DNA from: Patescibacteria group bacterium
Lineage (GTDB): Bacteria > Patescibacteriota > Microgenomatia > Woykebacterales > JBBROZ01
NCBI GenBank assembly: GCA_038228785.1
Contig: JBBROZ010000001.1
Span: 1 to 50,296 of the forward strand
Length of the DNA stretch: 50,296 nt
Reading direction: 5' to 3'
Each line of letters starts with the position of its first letter. Positions within the stretch are counted from its first letter, which is position 1. The position numbers and the translations under genes were made by a program. The notes under the pieces were generated by a model. The model worked only from the letters and a program-made list of their open reading frames with translations, was not told the DNA's origin and made no database searches. Shown here one piece after another: positions 8,053-17,059 of the stretch.

Positions 8053-8150
8053 CTAAAATTTCCATCCGAGAATGCTAGTATCTCGCCTTATGGACGAAAG
8101 ACATGCGGCTTGCACTAGCATTCTAGAATCTCCATCCGAGAATGCTAGTG
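8053..8150. repeat. Duplicated gene tail plus inverted copy
   Basis: 8053-8080 and 8123-8150 are 28-nt direct repeats (25/28 identical), and each includes a stop codon. CACTAGCATTCT (8113-8124) is the inverted complement of AGAATGCTAGTG (8139-8150). Confidence 0.7.
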
Positions 8151-8695
8151 TAGTCGACGATGAAGCTGGCAATAAAGGCCCCGACACCAAGCCACGACAA
8201 TCCAAATAAACTAAAATGCCAAGCGTTCGTGGTGACACTGCGCCAGTTGCGAATGATCTCGCTCATCGCAAAAAACAGGAAGGCAAACTCCCACCACATA
8301 TAAAAGAAATGAAACCGCCCGATCCCGCTCCACTGGAACGGAACCGGCATGGCCCAATTGGTCAAGGCTAATGTACCTTGAATCAGGTGAATTGCTACTG
8401 TAACGCTCACCCCTAACCCCAAGAAGATCATGAATTTCTTTAGGCTAAGCCGAGCTCCGATATCTTTTAAAAGTAGGAAAACCAGCACGTTGAGGGTCGG
8501 GAGGATCAGCCCGTCCCCTATAACGCCCGAGTAATACGAAAAAACGTTGCGGTCGGCCAGGATTGGGCTAGCCGAATACAAATAGTATGAGTAAAAAGCC
8601 AGCTGATATCCAAACGACAAGACCCAGGTGGCCACTCCGAAAAGAAGAGCTTGGCGGTCGATGCGACTGGCGATGTAAGTAACTTTTGATTTCAT
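8123..8695 (-). CDS. Polytopic membrane protein, unknown family
   Basis: The product has about six hydrophobic helices. The start is placed at ATG 8695 (MKSKVTYIA), which forms a TAATG junction with the upstream Fpg-like stop. The longer ORF reaching 8737 would overlap that gene by 43 nt. Confidence 0.6.
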   Translation of the reverse strand: MKSKVTYIASRIDRQALLFGVATWVLSFGYQLAFYSYYLYSASPILADRNVFSYYSGVIGDGLILPTLNVLVFLLLKDIGARLSLKKFMIFLGLGVSVTVAIHLIQGTLALTNWAMPVPFQWSGIGRFHFFYMWWEFAFLFFAMSEIIRNWRSVTTNAWHFSLFGLSWLGVGAFIASFIVDYTSILGWRF

Positions 8696-9543
8696 TAAAA
8701 AAGACTCAATTGCGGCAACTTTTGACAGTCTGGGCAAAAGTAAGTCCTACGCCCACCGACTTCCTTGTATTCTATCGTTCCATTTCCATTCAGACAAGGC
8801 TGTCCAGTCCGACCGTAAACGCGCAGGTGGTCCTGGTGATGCCCGGGATTCCCGTAGGCATCGACGTAGGAATCGATCGTCGTTCCCCGGTCCCTCAAAC
8901 CTTCTGCTAGTACCTGCCGGCAACTCTCGAGCAACACTTCCGCTTCCCCGGTCGCGATTTGTTTGGGCTTAAGGTTGGGGTGCAGCTGGGCTAGGTAGAG
9001 CGCCTCATCAACATAGATATTACCCATCCCCGAAACGATCTTTTGCTGGAGCAGAGTCTCTTTAAGCGAGGGTTCAGTTGAGCTAGTGAGGAGAGTGAAA
9101 AATTCGCCTGTCGTCAGGTCAGGATTTAAGATCTCAGGACCGTAACGCTTCTCCTGAACACCCAGCTCAGACTGAGTAAGTAGTTCTGCTGAGGCCAAAC
9201 CGTTACGGTCAGTGAATCGCAGTTCCTGGCCGTCGTCTAATTCTAATTTGGCCCGCGTATAATCATCCTCTTTATCCCCACCTTTTCTTAGCAAAATCCG
9301 TCCGGTGATCCTGAGATGCAGACTTAAAACCTCGCCGGAGGATAGATCAAGCAGCAACTGTTTACTAAGCCGGCGCACCTCGGTAATTTTTTTACCAGGC
9401 AAAGACAGTGACAGATCGATGCGGGATTTTCGAAGCAGTTCTTGGCCCAAGGGGCCCGTGTAGCTCACTTTGGTAATGGTAAGCCCAGGTAAAACGGGAC
9501 GCAGGTCACTGGCGATAGTTTGGACTTCAGGGAGTTCTGGCAT
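8695..9543 (-). CDS. Second Fpg/Nei-family DNA glycosylase
   Basis: N-terminal MPELPEVQ and an H2TH region are present. The C-terminal finger CLNG...CPDC has only three Cys. Confidence 0.85.
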   Translation of the reverse strand: MPELPEVQTIASDLRPVLPGLTITKVSYTGPLGQELLRKSRIDLSLSLPGKKITEVRRLSKQLLLDLSSGEVLSLHLRITGRILLRKGGDKEDDYTRAKLELDDGQELRFTDRNGLASAELLTQSELGVQEKRYGPEILNPDLTTGEFFTLLTSSTEPSLKETLLQQKIVSGMGNIYVDEALYLAQLHPNLKPKQIATGEAEVLLESCRQVLAEGLRDRGTTIDSYVDAYGNPGHHQDHLRVYGRTGQPCLNGNGTIEYKEVGGRRTYFCPDCQKLPQLSLF

Positions 9544-11104
9544 CGGCCAATCCTACCCTCTCGTAAACTTCGGCTTGGGCGACCCGGTCTTTGAGACGGT
9601 AGCTTGATCTAAGAATTTGCTCTAGCTCCAGAAGTTTGGGTGTTGGGGCACCGGCTTCCGTGAAATACTCCGGTTCATTAGTAACGATGATAAAATCGGC
9701 TGCTCCGGATCGTAACTGGGCTAAAACCTCGCTTTTGGCCTCGCTGACAAATCCCAATTGATAAGCAACCAGATATTTAGTGGCATGGGGCCGGCCAGAA
9801 AGATAGTAGACCCACGGGGCATTACCCCAAACATATATTTTGGAGTGAGACATCGAATTATTAACGAGATAATTTTGTAGCTTTAGGTTAAGTGTCACAG
9901 TTTCGCCGTAAAAACGGTAGAACTCGTCCCGACTAATCTGGCCGGTCAGGTAACTAAATGAGTTGCCAAAGTAGCCTGTGGCCGCTTCTGATAACGCCGG
10001 GGTCGAAGCAACGAGCTGAATCTTACCTCCGAATCCTAATACTAAGGACGATGTGATCGCTCCTAAGACCGCCAATCCCTTGACCCAGTCACTAGATTTA
10101 AGCGTTTTAAATTTGGCCAACGGCCAAACATGGCTCCAAAAGTGCGGGATTAGTAATGCCATGGCCCCCGCTGAAGCCATCAGGTAGTGAAGATAGGGAC
10201 GGCCGGAGAGTAGCGCGCCAAAAACAGTCCAGATAAGCCACAGGTAGACCAAAGCCACGGGGGTAAGACCCCCGCGGTAGTGACGACGTAGGGCCAGTAT
10301 CGCTACCGCCACTAATGCCAATTTGCCACTAACAGTAACCCATGGGTTAGCAATGTCGATGAAACTGATGGTCGTGAAATTACCGGCTTTGACGTAACCA
10401 AAATTATTTAGGAAGGCGGCCCTGATGAAATCCTCCCCCAAATTATTGGTCACCAGATAAATTCCCGGTAATATAAGAACCAAACCGGCCCCGCCCAGCA
10501 TCAAAAGAAAACGCCCCTTGATCCTAAGCCCGTCTTTTAGCAAAAGTAGGCTCAGAACGGCTAACGCGTCAAAAGCTACGACTGTTTTAAACAAAAATCC
10601 GACGGCCAGGAGCATTCCCACAAAGAGGTAGTTTCGAAGTTTTGCCCCCCACCACTCCATCATTACCACCAGATAAATTGCCAACGTCGTCGGGAGTAAG
10701 AAAAATATTTCGGCGTTACTGATATGGGTCTCAAAAACTGGCACGATGGCCAAAAAAGAAAAAATCCCTAGTGTCCACAGCGCCTGCTTATAAGTCGTGA
10801 TCCGTCTGGCCAAACCAAAGAGTAAAATTGCGGTCACGATGAGAAAAAATGTCGCCGCTAGCCGAAAGTTGGTGTAGTCGACACTGACCTTACTGATCCA
10901 GTCAAAAAGAAAGTAAATGGCCGGTGGTTTATTATCCCAAACGTCCCGGTACAACAGCTCGCCCCGACCCAAGGCCTGACCGACGGCGGCGTACAACCCT
11001 TCGTCGATATCCCAAGGTGGGGCAATAATAATGGGGATTCGTCCGACCAGGATTATAAGTGCAGTAACTATTAAAACAACTAATGTTCTAGACCTAGACA
11101 TCAA
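9527..11104 (-). CDS. GT-C fold glycosyltransferase (ArnT/PMT, family 39/83-like)
   Basis: The 525-aa product has more than 10 TM helices and an early extracytoplasmic DIDEGLY acidic motif typical of GT-C enzymes. Confidence 0.65.
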   Translation of the reverse strand: MMSRSRTLVVLIVTALIILVGRIPIIIAPPWDIDEGLYAAVGQALGRGELLYRDVWDNKPPAIYFLFDWISKVSVDYTNFRLAATFFLIVTAILLFGLARRITTYKQALWTLGIFSFLAIVPVFETHISNAEIFFLLPTTLAIYLVVMMEWWGAKLRNYLFVGMLLAVGFLFKTVVAFDALAVLSLLLLKDGLRIKGRFLLMLGGAGLVLILPGIYLVTNNLGEDFIRAAFLNNFGYVKAGNFTTISFIDIANPWVTVSGKLALVAVAILALRRHYRGGLTPVALVYLWLIWTVFGALLSGRPYLHYLMASAGAMALLIPHFWSHVWPLAKFKTLKSSDWVKGLAVLGAITSSLVLGFGGKIQLVASTPALSEAATGYFGNSFSYLTGQISRDEFYRFYGETVTLNLKLQNYLVNNSMSHSKIYVWGNAPWVYYLSGRPHATKYLVAYQLGFVSEAKSEVLAQLRSGAADFIIVTNEPEYFTEAGAPTPKLLELEQILRSSYRLKDRVAQAEVYERVGLADARTP

Positions 11105-13226
11105 GACTCTTCATATCAGCCCAGTTGGGCCCGACCTTTAGATCAACTATGATCGGCACCGAGAGCGGAAAGCAGTCTTGCATGATCGCGCGCACCATTT
11201 TAGATACCACCGGCAATTCCCCTTCTGGAACTTCAAACACTAACTCGTCGTGGACTTGCATAATCATCTTCGTTTTGAGACCTGTTGCTTTGATCTTCCC
11301 GGAGATATCCACCATCGCTTTTTTGATAATATCGGCGGCCGTTCCCTGGATCGGCATGTTCATTGCCATCCGCTCCCCGGCCGCTCTCTGTAAATACGAG
11401 GTCGACTGTAGCTCCAAGAAATAGCGCTTAAACCCCCCGAGGGTGGTGAGATAACCTTGCTGGTAAGCCAGGGCCTTGATCTCCTCTTGCCACCGGCGAA
11501 CTTTTGGAAAACGTTTATAGTAAGTGTCGATAAATTTGGCGGCCTCTTTTGGGTCAATCCGTAGTGATTGGGCCAAGCCGAAAGCACTCATTCCGTACAA
11601 AACTCCGAAATTTACCGTCTTAGCGACCCGCCGCTCGTCAGCAGTGATCTCGCGCGGTTTCTTATGGAAAATCCAAGCAGCGGTCTGGCCGTGAATGTCC
11701 TGGCCTTTCTTGAAGACTTCGCAAAGTGCGGGGTCTCCTGAGATATGAGCCATCACCCTAAGCTCGATCTGGTTGTAATCTGCTTTCAAAAGCTGGGCAC
11801 CCTTAGGAGCCACGAAAGCGCGTCTTATTTCTTGACCAAGCTCGCCACGCGTTGGGATATTTTGTAAGTTGGGGGCAGTTGAGCTGAGCCGGCCACTTCT
11901 GGAAACGTCGTCATGCAAGCTAGTGTGGATCCGTCCATCGGGTCCAACCAGTGCGGGGATAGCGTCGATGTAGGTCGACTTTAGTTTAAAGAGCTCGCGG
12001 TAACTTAGCACGAAAGGAATGACCGGGTGGGCATCTCTCAGCCCGACCAAGACGTCGACTGCGGTCGAACGCTGGTTTTTACCTTTCTTGCCAGTTTCTA
12101 AATGCAACTCATCAAATAACACCTCGCCCAGCTGTTTAGGCGAGTTAAGATTAAATTCATGTCCAACTGCTGAGTAAATATCTTTCTCAAGTGATGCCAC
12201 TTTGGCATCTATATCAGTCTTTAACTTTTTCAAAACCCCCAGATCTACCAGCACCCCATTGGTCTCGATCTCGCGCAAAACTACTCCCAACTCCGAATCG
12301 ACCTTGGGCGTCTCTTTAGTTTCGGCGAACATATCCAGTTGGTTTTCGGGGATCTTTTGATAGGCCACGGAAGCTTGTGGGAGTTTACCGAGCAGTGACT
12401 TAAACTCGAGCTCTTGAAATAACTCGGTAACTTTATCTTTGTTATAAGAAGACAACCTAGATTGGGCTAGGTCTACCTTGACCGGAACGTGGTCGTCGGA
12501 GGTGGCCAAAGACTTACTAAGCACCGCATCTTCCGCCCCTTCGGCTAGTAATTTCTTGGTTCGATCGGGCAACTCCTCCAGGTGCTGATAGAGATTTTCG
12601 ACTGTCTGGTATTTTTGTAAGAGCTTGGCCGCGCCGATGTTACCGATTCCCCTGACCCCTGGAATATTATCGGAAGGGTCTCCGGCTAGACCTTTGAAAT
12701 CGGGGATTTGGGCTGGTGTAACCCCCATCTTATCCTGAACTTCTTTCTCCCCCATGATGACCGTGTCGGAAAAACTTTTACGTGGGGTAAAAATTTTGAC
12801 GTTCTTGTCGACCAGTTGATAAGCGTCTTTATCCCCAGTCGCAATGATAACCTCGACCTGGGATTTGGCCTGACGGGCCAGAGTAGCAATGATGTCGTCC
12901 GCTTCGTACCCGGACAGCTCAAAAATTGGGATGCTCATCGCCACGCAGACTTGCTTGATCCGCGGCAGTTGCTCATACAGCCCTTCTGGGGCAGGGGCTC
13001 GGGTCGCTTTGTATTGGGTGTAGGCTTGGTGACGAAAGGTCGGTCCCGGAGCGTCGAAAACAGCAATCAGGTGATCTGGCTTGAGGGTTGATAGAGCGTT
13101 AAGTAGCATTGAAGTAAACCCATAAACGGCGTTAACGAGTTCCCCAGACGAGGTGGTCAGTGGGGGCATGGCATGGAAAGCGCGGTGCAAAAGAGCGTTG
13201 CCATCCACTAGTACAAGCTTTTCCAC
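11094..13226 (-). CDS. polA: DNA polymerase I, short form (5' nuclease fused directly to the polymerase domain)
   Basis: The 5' nuclease N-terminus is VLVDGNALLHRAFHA. Polymerase motif A is DYNQIELRVMAH, motif B is RRVAKTVNFGVLYG and motif C is QVHDELVFE. The protein is only 710 aa. Confidence 0.92.
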   Translation of the reverse strand: MEKLVLVDGNALLHRAFHAMPPLTTSSGELVNAVYGFTSMLLNALSTLKPDHLIAVFDAPGPTFRHQAYTQYKATRAPAPEGLYEQLPRIKQVCVAMSIPIFELSGYEADDIIATLARQAKSQVEVIIATGDKDAYQLVDKNVKIFTPRKSFSDTVIMGEKEVQDKMGVTPAQIPDFKGLAGDPSDNIPGVRGIGNIGAAKLLQKYQTVENLYQHLEELPDRTKKLLAEGAEDAVLSKSLATSDDHVPVKVDLAQSRLSSYNKDKVTELFQELEFKSLLGKLPQASVAYQKIPENQLDMFAETKETPKVDSELGVVLREIETNGVLVDLGVLKKLKTDIDAKVASLEKDIYSAVGHEFNLNSPKQLGEVLFDELHLETGKKGKNQRSTAVDVLVGLRDAHPVIPFVLSYRELFKLKSTYIDAIPALVGPDGRIHTSLHDDVSRSGRLSSTAPNLQNIPTRGELGQEIRRAFVAPKGAQLLKADYNQIELRVMAHISGDPALCEVFKKGQDIHGQTAAWIFHKKPREITADERRVAKTVNFGVLYGMSAFGLAQSLRIDPKEAAKFIDTYYKRFPKVRRWQEEIKALAYQQGYLTTLGGFKRYFLELQSTSYLQRAAGERMAMNMPIQGTAADIIKKAMVDISGKIKATGLKTKMIMQVHDELVFEVPEGELPVVSKMVRAIMQDCFPLSVPIIVDLKVGPNWADMKSLDV

Positions 13227-13263
13227 GAGTTAAGTTTAGCAGAAATACCAGATAGAGGGAGGT

Positions 13264-15093
13264 TTAAGCTTTGGCGATGAGGGCTTCAAAATCTGATCCG
13301 GTCAGGGTCTCACGTTTGATGAGCTCGCTGGCGATCAGATCAAGTTTCTTTTTGTTTTTGAGTAGGATTTGTTTGGCCTTTTCAAATCCGACATCAATAA
13401 TCTTACTGACTTCTTCGTCCACTTTGGCCGATAGTTGCTCTGAGAAACCTTGTCCCCCACTCATTTCACGAGCCACCCAGGGAGCCTCTTCTTGCAACCC
13501 AATGGTGACCGGTCCTAAGGGGCTCATCCCAAACTTGGTCACCATTTGCCGGGCAATCTGGGTTGCTTTCTCGATATCGTTACTAGCCCCGACGGTGAAT
13601 TCTTTAAACTGAATCTCCTCGGCGGCCCGTCCTCCAAGCAGTGAGGCGATCATCTCCAAAAGATGGGTTTTGGTTTCATTGTAGCGATCAGCAGTTGGTG
13701 GCATCATGGTGAAACCGAGCGCCATCCCCCGACTAACGATACTGACGGTGTGGACTGGGTCTACATTGGACTGCATTCGGTTTACTAGGGCGTGTCCTCC
13801 CTCGTGATAAGCCGTCATTAGTTTATCGTGATCACTCATCAACCGCTTCCTCTCGGGACCCATTTTGACCTTGGTAGCGGCCTCCTCTAGGTCAGCTTCT
13901 TCGATTTGTTTCTTATCCAGTCTAGCCGCCAAAATGGCAGCTTCGTTTAGCATATTCTCAAGATCGGCCCCCGAGAATCCGACGGTTCGCCGCGCCAGCT
14001 TCTCCATATCAACGTTTTTGGCGAGCGGCTTGTTACGGCTATGTATTCCCATGATGGCCTTGCGCCCCTCGATATCGGGAAAGTCTAACATCACTCGGCG
14101 ATCAAATCGGCCTGGTCTAACTAAGGCCGGGTCTAGCATGTCGGGACGGTTGGTGGCAGCCATCACGATCACCCCGGAATTGGGGGCGAACCCGTCCATC
14201 TCGACTAGAATTTGATTAAGAGTTTGCTCGCGCTCATCATGCCCGCCGCCCAGTCCTAGCCCCCGCTGCCGACCAATCGAGTCGACCTCGTCAATAAAGA
14301 TGATTGCTGGAGCATTACGTTTGGCGTTTTCGAATAGATCCCTTACTCTGCTGGCCCCAACCCCAACCAACATTTCCATAAACTCAGACCCGGCGATCGA
14401 GAAGAATGGCACCCCCGCTTCTCCAGCGACGGCGCGGGCCAACAACGTCTTCCCAACCCCAGCTGGTCCGACCAAAAGCACACCTTTAGGGATTTTGGCA
14501 CCAAGCGCCGCGAACTTTTGAGGAGTTTTTAGAAATTCGACAACTTCAGTCAACTCAGCCTTGGCTTCATCTACCCCCGCGACATCGCTAAATTTGGATT
14601 GAGGCTGGTCTTTGGAAAACACTTTGGCTTTACTCTTGCCAAAGGCGAACAAGTTGTCACCCGCCGAACGGGCTTGTCTGATCAGGAAATAAAAGATTAC
14701 TAACATAACGACGATCGGCAGAACCGACCCAAAGAGCAAATTTATCCAGAGTGACCCGCTAGTTTCATCTTTAATCGATAAGTGTAAGGCGTCGAGTTTG
14801 ATTCCCGAATCAGTCAGGGTCTTACTAAAGCTTTGGTCGGGTTCTTTTCTGGTATGTTGGGTGCTTCCGTCTTTTAAGGTGACGGTGACATCGTTGCCCG
14901 AGACCACGATCTTGGTGACATCGCCATTCCTGATCTCCGAGATTACATCGGAGACATCTTTGTTCTCTCCGGCCGGCTTACCGATCTGCCCTAATCCCAG
15001 AAAAACGGCGGAAGCAAGCGCTACGATAAGTAGATAAGCGCCAATATTGCGAGACATTTTGTTTTTGGGCACTTTTGGAAGTCGTCTGTCCAT
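13264..15093 (-). CDS. ftsH: ATP-dependent zinc metalloprotease FtsH
   Basis: Two N-terminal TM helices, Walker A GPAGVGKT, an AAA SRH region and the HEGGH zinc motif are all present. Confidence 0.95.
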   Translation of the reverse strand: MDRRLPKVPKNKMSRNIGAYLLIVALASAVFLGLGQIGKPAGENKDVSDVISEIRNGDVTKIVVSGNDVTVTLKDGSTQHTRKEPDQSFSKTLTDSGIKLDALHLSIKDETSGSLWINLLFGSVLPIVVMLVIFYFLIRQARSAGDNLFAFGKSKAKVFSKDQPQSKFSDVAGVDEAKAELTEVVEFLKTPQKFAALGAKIPKGVLLVGPAGVGKTLLARAVAGEAGVPFFSIAGSEFMEMLVGVGASRVRDLFENAKRNAPAIIFIDEVDSIGRQRGLGLGGGHDEREQTLNQILVEMDGFAPNSGVIVMAATNRPDMLDPALVRPGRFDRRVMLDFPDIEGRKAIMGIHSRNKPLAKNVDMEKLARRTVGFSGADLENMLNEAAILAARLDKKQIEEADLEEAATKVKMGPERKRLMSDHDKLMTAYHEGGHALVNRMQSNVDPVHTVSIVSRGMALGFTMMPPTADRYNETKTHLLEMIASLLGGRAAEEIQFKEFTVGASNDIEKATQIARQMVTKFGMSPLGPVTIGLQEEAPWVAREMSGGQGFSEQLSAKVDEEVSKIIDVGFEKAKQILLKNKKKLDLIASELIKRETLTGSDFEALIAKA

Positions 15094-15139
15094 AAATTAC
15101 CTGATTAGTTTAGCATAACGATGCCTTTCAGGAAACAAG

Positions 15140-16129
15140 CTAGGGGGTGGTCGGAATCTTCAGCGCCGCTCGAACATCGCCTAGTGTCTCTTGGGCCACT
15201 TCGCGCGCTTTCTTACCGCCCGCTGCAAGGATGTCTTGTATCTGCGAGTCTTTAATCTTGGACCGCTTTTCCCTGATTGGGGCTAAGAAATTCTCCAAGG
15301 CCAAGTAAAGCTTCTCCTTGACCTCGACATCACCGACCTTACCTAAGCGATAACGCTCCTTAAGATCCTCGACCTCTGGGCCGTCGGGGTTGAAGGCGTC
15401 GTGGTAGGAAAAAACAGGGTTTCCCTCAACTTTGCCGGGGTCGGTTGCGCGAATCCTGGTCGGATCGGTATACATGCTCATGACTTTGCGTTTAACATCA
15501 GATGAGTTATCAGAAAGATAGATGGCGTTAGCGGCCGATTTACTCATTTTGGTATTACCATCTATTCCGGGCAGTACCTTACCCTCTACCAAAGGCTCGG
15601 GCACGATAAGAGTCTGACCAAAGACAGTGTTGAAACGCTGCGAAAGTTCTCTGGCGACTTCAACATTGGCTTGGTTATCCCTGCCCACTGGAACGATGTC
15701 GCCTCTAACGATCAGAATATCGGCCGCCATCAGTACCGGATAGCCTAGTAGCCCAAACGAAGGTGACTCAATTCCCGAGTCGCGCATCATATCTTTAAGG
15801 GAAGGTACGATCTGAAGACGTGGAACTTTAATAAACATCCCAAGTATGGTCGCTAGCTCAAAGGTTTGCGGGACGTCGGACTGGAAATAATAAGTGACTT
15901 TCTTCGGGTCAATACCAGCGGCGATACTATCCCGGACAATGTCGTAAGAAATTTTTTTGATATCAAGATCCCGCACCTTCTCAGCCTTGGTCGTTAGCAT
16001 GTGGTAATCCGCTATGAACAGGAAAGTATCGAATTTATCTTGCAAAGCAATCCGATTTTTGAGGGAACCGACGTAATGTCCAAGATGTAGCGATCCAGTC
16101 GGCCTGTCGCCAGTTAATAAGCGTTTCAT
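15140..16129 (-). CDS. trpS: Tryptophan--tRNA ligase
   Basis: Class I signatures HLGH and KMSKS are present. The 329-aa length is typical of TrpRS. Confidence 0.95.
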   Translation of the reverse strand: MKRLLTGDRPTGSLHLGHYVGSLKNRIALQDKFDTFLFIADYHMLTTKAEKVRDLDIKKISYDIVRDSIAAGIDPKKVTYYFQSDVPQTFELATILGMFIKVPRLQIVPSLKDMMRDSGIESPSFGLLGYPVLMAADILIVRGDIVPVGRDNQANVEVARELSQRFNTVFGQTLIVPEPLVEGKVLPGIDGNTKMSKSAANAIYLSDNSSDVKRKVMSMYTDPTRIRATDPGKVEGNPVFSYHDAFNPDGPEVEDLKERYRLGKVGDVEVKEKLYLALENFLAPIREKRSKIKDSQIQDILAAGGKKAREVAQETLGDVRAALKIPTTP

Positions 16130-16192
16130 GAATAAATTGTATCAAGAAAATTTCATCGGCTGGCGAGCCAGCCTCGCGCAGCGGTGCAAAAT

Positions 16193-16266
16193 TGGTTGCG
16201 GGGCCGGGAGTCGAACCCGGTCCTGGAGGTTATGAGCCTCCCGAGGTGCCGATCCTCCACCCCGCG
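16193..16266 (-). tRNA. tRNA-Met(CAT), initiator type
   Basis: Hand-folded as CGCGGGG-TG-GAGG-ATCGGCA-CCTC-G-GGAGG-CTCATAA-CCTCC-AGGA-CCGGG-TTCGACT-CCCGG-CCCCGCA-A-CCA. The C1xA72 mismatch is typical of bacterial initiator tRNA. Confidence 0.85.
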
Positions 16267-16277
16267 GTAACGGGCTC

Positions 16278-16306
16278 ATCTTACCCGAGCGATTTATTTT
16301 AGTCAA
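16278..16306 (-). promoter_or_regulatory. Candidate promoter of initiator tRNA
   Basis: Minus strand reads TTGACT (16306-16301), a 17-nt spacer, then TAAGAT (16283-16278). It ends ~12 nt upstream of the tRNA 5' end. Confidence 0.45.
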
Positions 16307-16404
16307 GGTTATCTGGATTTTAGGAAGTTTAGGTGTTAAAATCCCCTCGCTGGTCAGGGTCTCCCTAGTGCCAAGGCACTAGGTTGCGTCTCCTCGCTAT
16401 ACTC

Positions 16405-16419
16405 GGAGCCGTAGCTCAG
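16405..16419 (+). pseudogene. tRNA 5' fragment (identical to the first 15 nt of tRNA-Ile(TAT))
   Basis: GGAGCCGTAGCTCAG equals positions 1-15 of the tRNA at 18833-18907. It has no anticodon or T arm. It runs into the hairpin CAGCAG-TAAA-CTGCTG and lies 30 nt upstream of tRNA-Met. Confidence 0.3.
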
Positions 16420-16448
16420 CAGTAAACTGCTGGCGGATCTTAAATTTA

Positions 16449-16523
16449 GTCAGGGTAGCTCAGTGGTAGAGCAGAGGATTCATAAACCTCAGGTCGTGGG
16501 TTCAATCCCCACCCCTGACACCA
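16449..16523 (+). tRNA. tRNA-Met(CAT), elongator type (an Ile2 identity cannot be excluded)
   Basis: Hand-folded as GTCAGGG-TA-GCTC-AGTGGTA-GAGC-A-GAGGA-TTCATAA-ACCTC-AGGTC-GTGGG-TTCAATC-CCCAC-CCCTGAC-A-CCA. Confidence 0.85.
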
Positions 16524-16525
16524 GT

Positions 16526-16879
16526 TTACCCGCCAAAAAACAAACCAACCCACTGCTGCCAGATAGACCTAGGACCTTTGGGTTGGGCCACTACCGAAGC
16601 CGATAAACTGGCCGTCTTATCCGGTAAAACCACCACCACTTCCCCCGGCTTGACCAAGCCTAGTTTATCTCTAGCTTCCCGTTCAATAAACGTCGGCTCC
16701 CGTGCCGCGTTATTTTCTTCTTTTAATCTGGTATTTTCGAGCTTGAGCGCCGCTAACTTTTGGGCCGCCTTAGCCACCAACTGGGTATTTTGATAAGTTG
16801 AATATAGATTTTTGGCCAAGCCAAACGAAGCACCTGCGCCCGCGATAATAACTGCCAGATAAAAAAGCTTAGCTTTCAC
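16526..16879 (-). CDS. Septum formation initiator (FtsB/DivIC family)
   Basis: Has an N-terminal TM helix, a coiled coil (LKLENTRLKEEN) and a conserved EREARDKLGLVKPGE tail. The stop codon lies 2 nt from the convergent tRNA-Met 3' end. Confidence 0.7.
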   Translation of the reverse strand: MKAKLFYLAVIIAGAGASFGLAKNLYSTYQNTQLVAKAAQKLAALKLENTRLKEENNAAREPTFIEREARDKLGLVKPGEVVVVLPDKTASLSASVVAQPKGPRSIWQQWVGLFFGG

Positions 16880-16949
16880 TGCTTTATTCTATCAAACCCG
16901 CTTCCGGGCAGACTGGTGGGGGTTGACTGCTTGAAAGCTCACCGATAGG

Positions 16950-16971
16950 CATAGGGATGACATAGGGATGA
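16950..16971 (+). repeat. Tandem 11-mer CATAGGGATGA x2
   Basis: Exact tandem copies lie at 16950-16960 and 16961-16971. An inverted near-copy TCATCCTAT lies at ~17006-17014, overlapping a TATAAT. The repeats sit in the divergent ftsB-like/recombinase intergenic region. Confidence 0.7.
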
Positions 16972-17059
16972 GATTAAGTCTGCCGGAGGAAAGCTTGTTT
17001 GCTTTCATCCTATAATATTATTGACAGGGTCTTACCAGATATGGTAAGGTAGGCGGGTT

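Noticed and set aside
8053-8238. 61-aa ORF on the minus strand
   Set aside because: It exists only because the duplicated gene tail (8053-8080) supplies a second stop. It overlaps the real membrane-protein gene in another frame.
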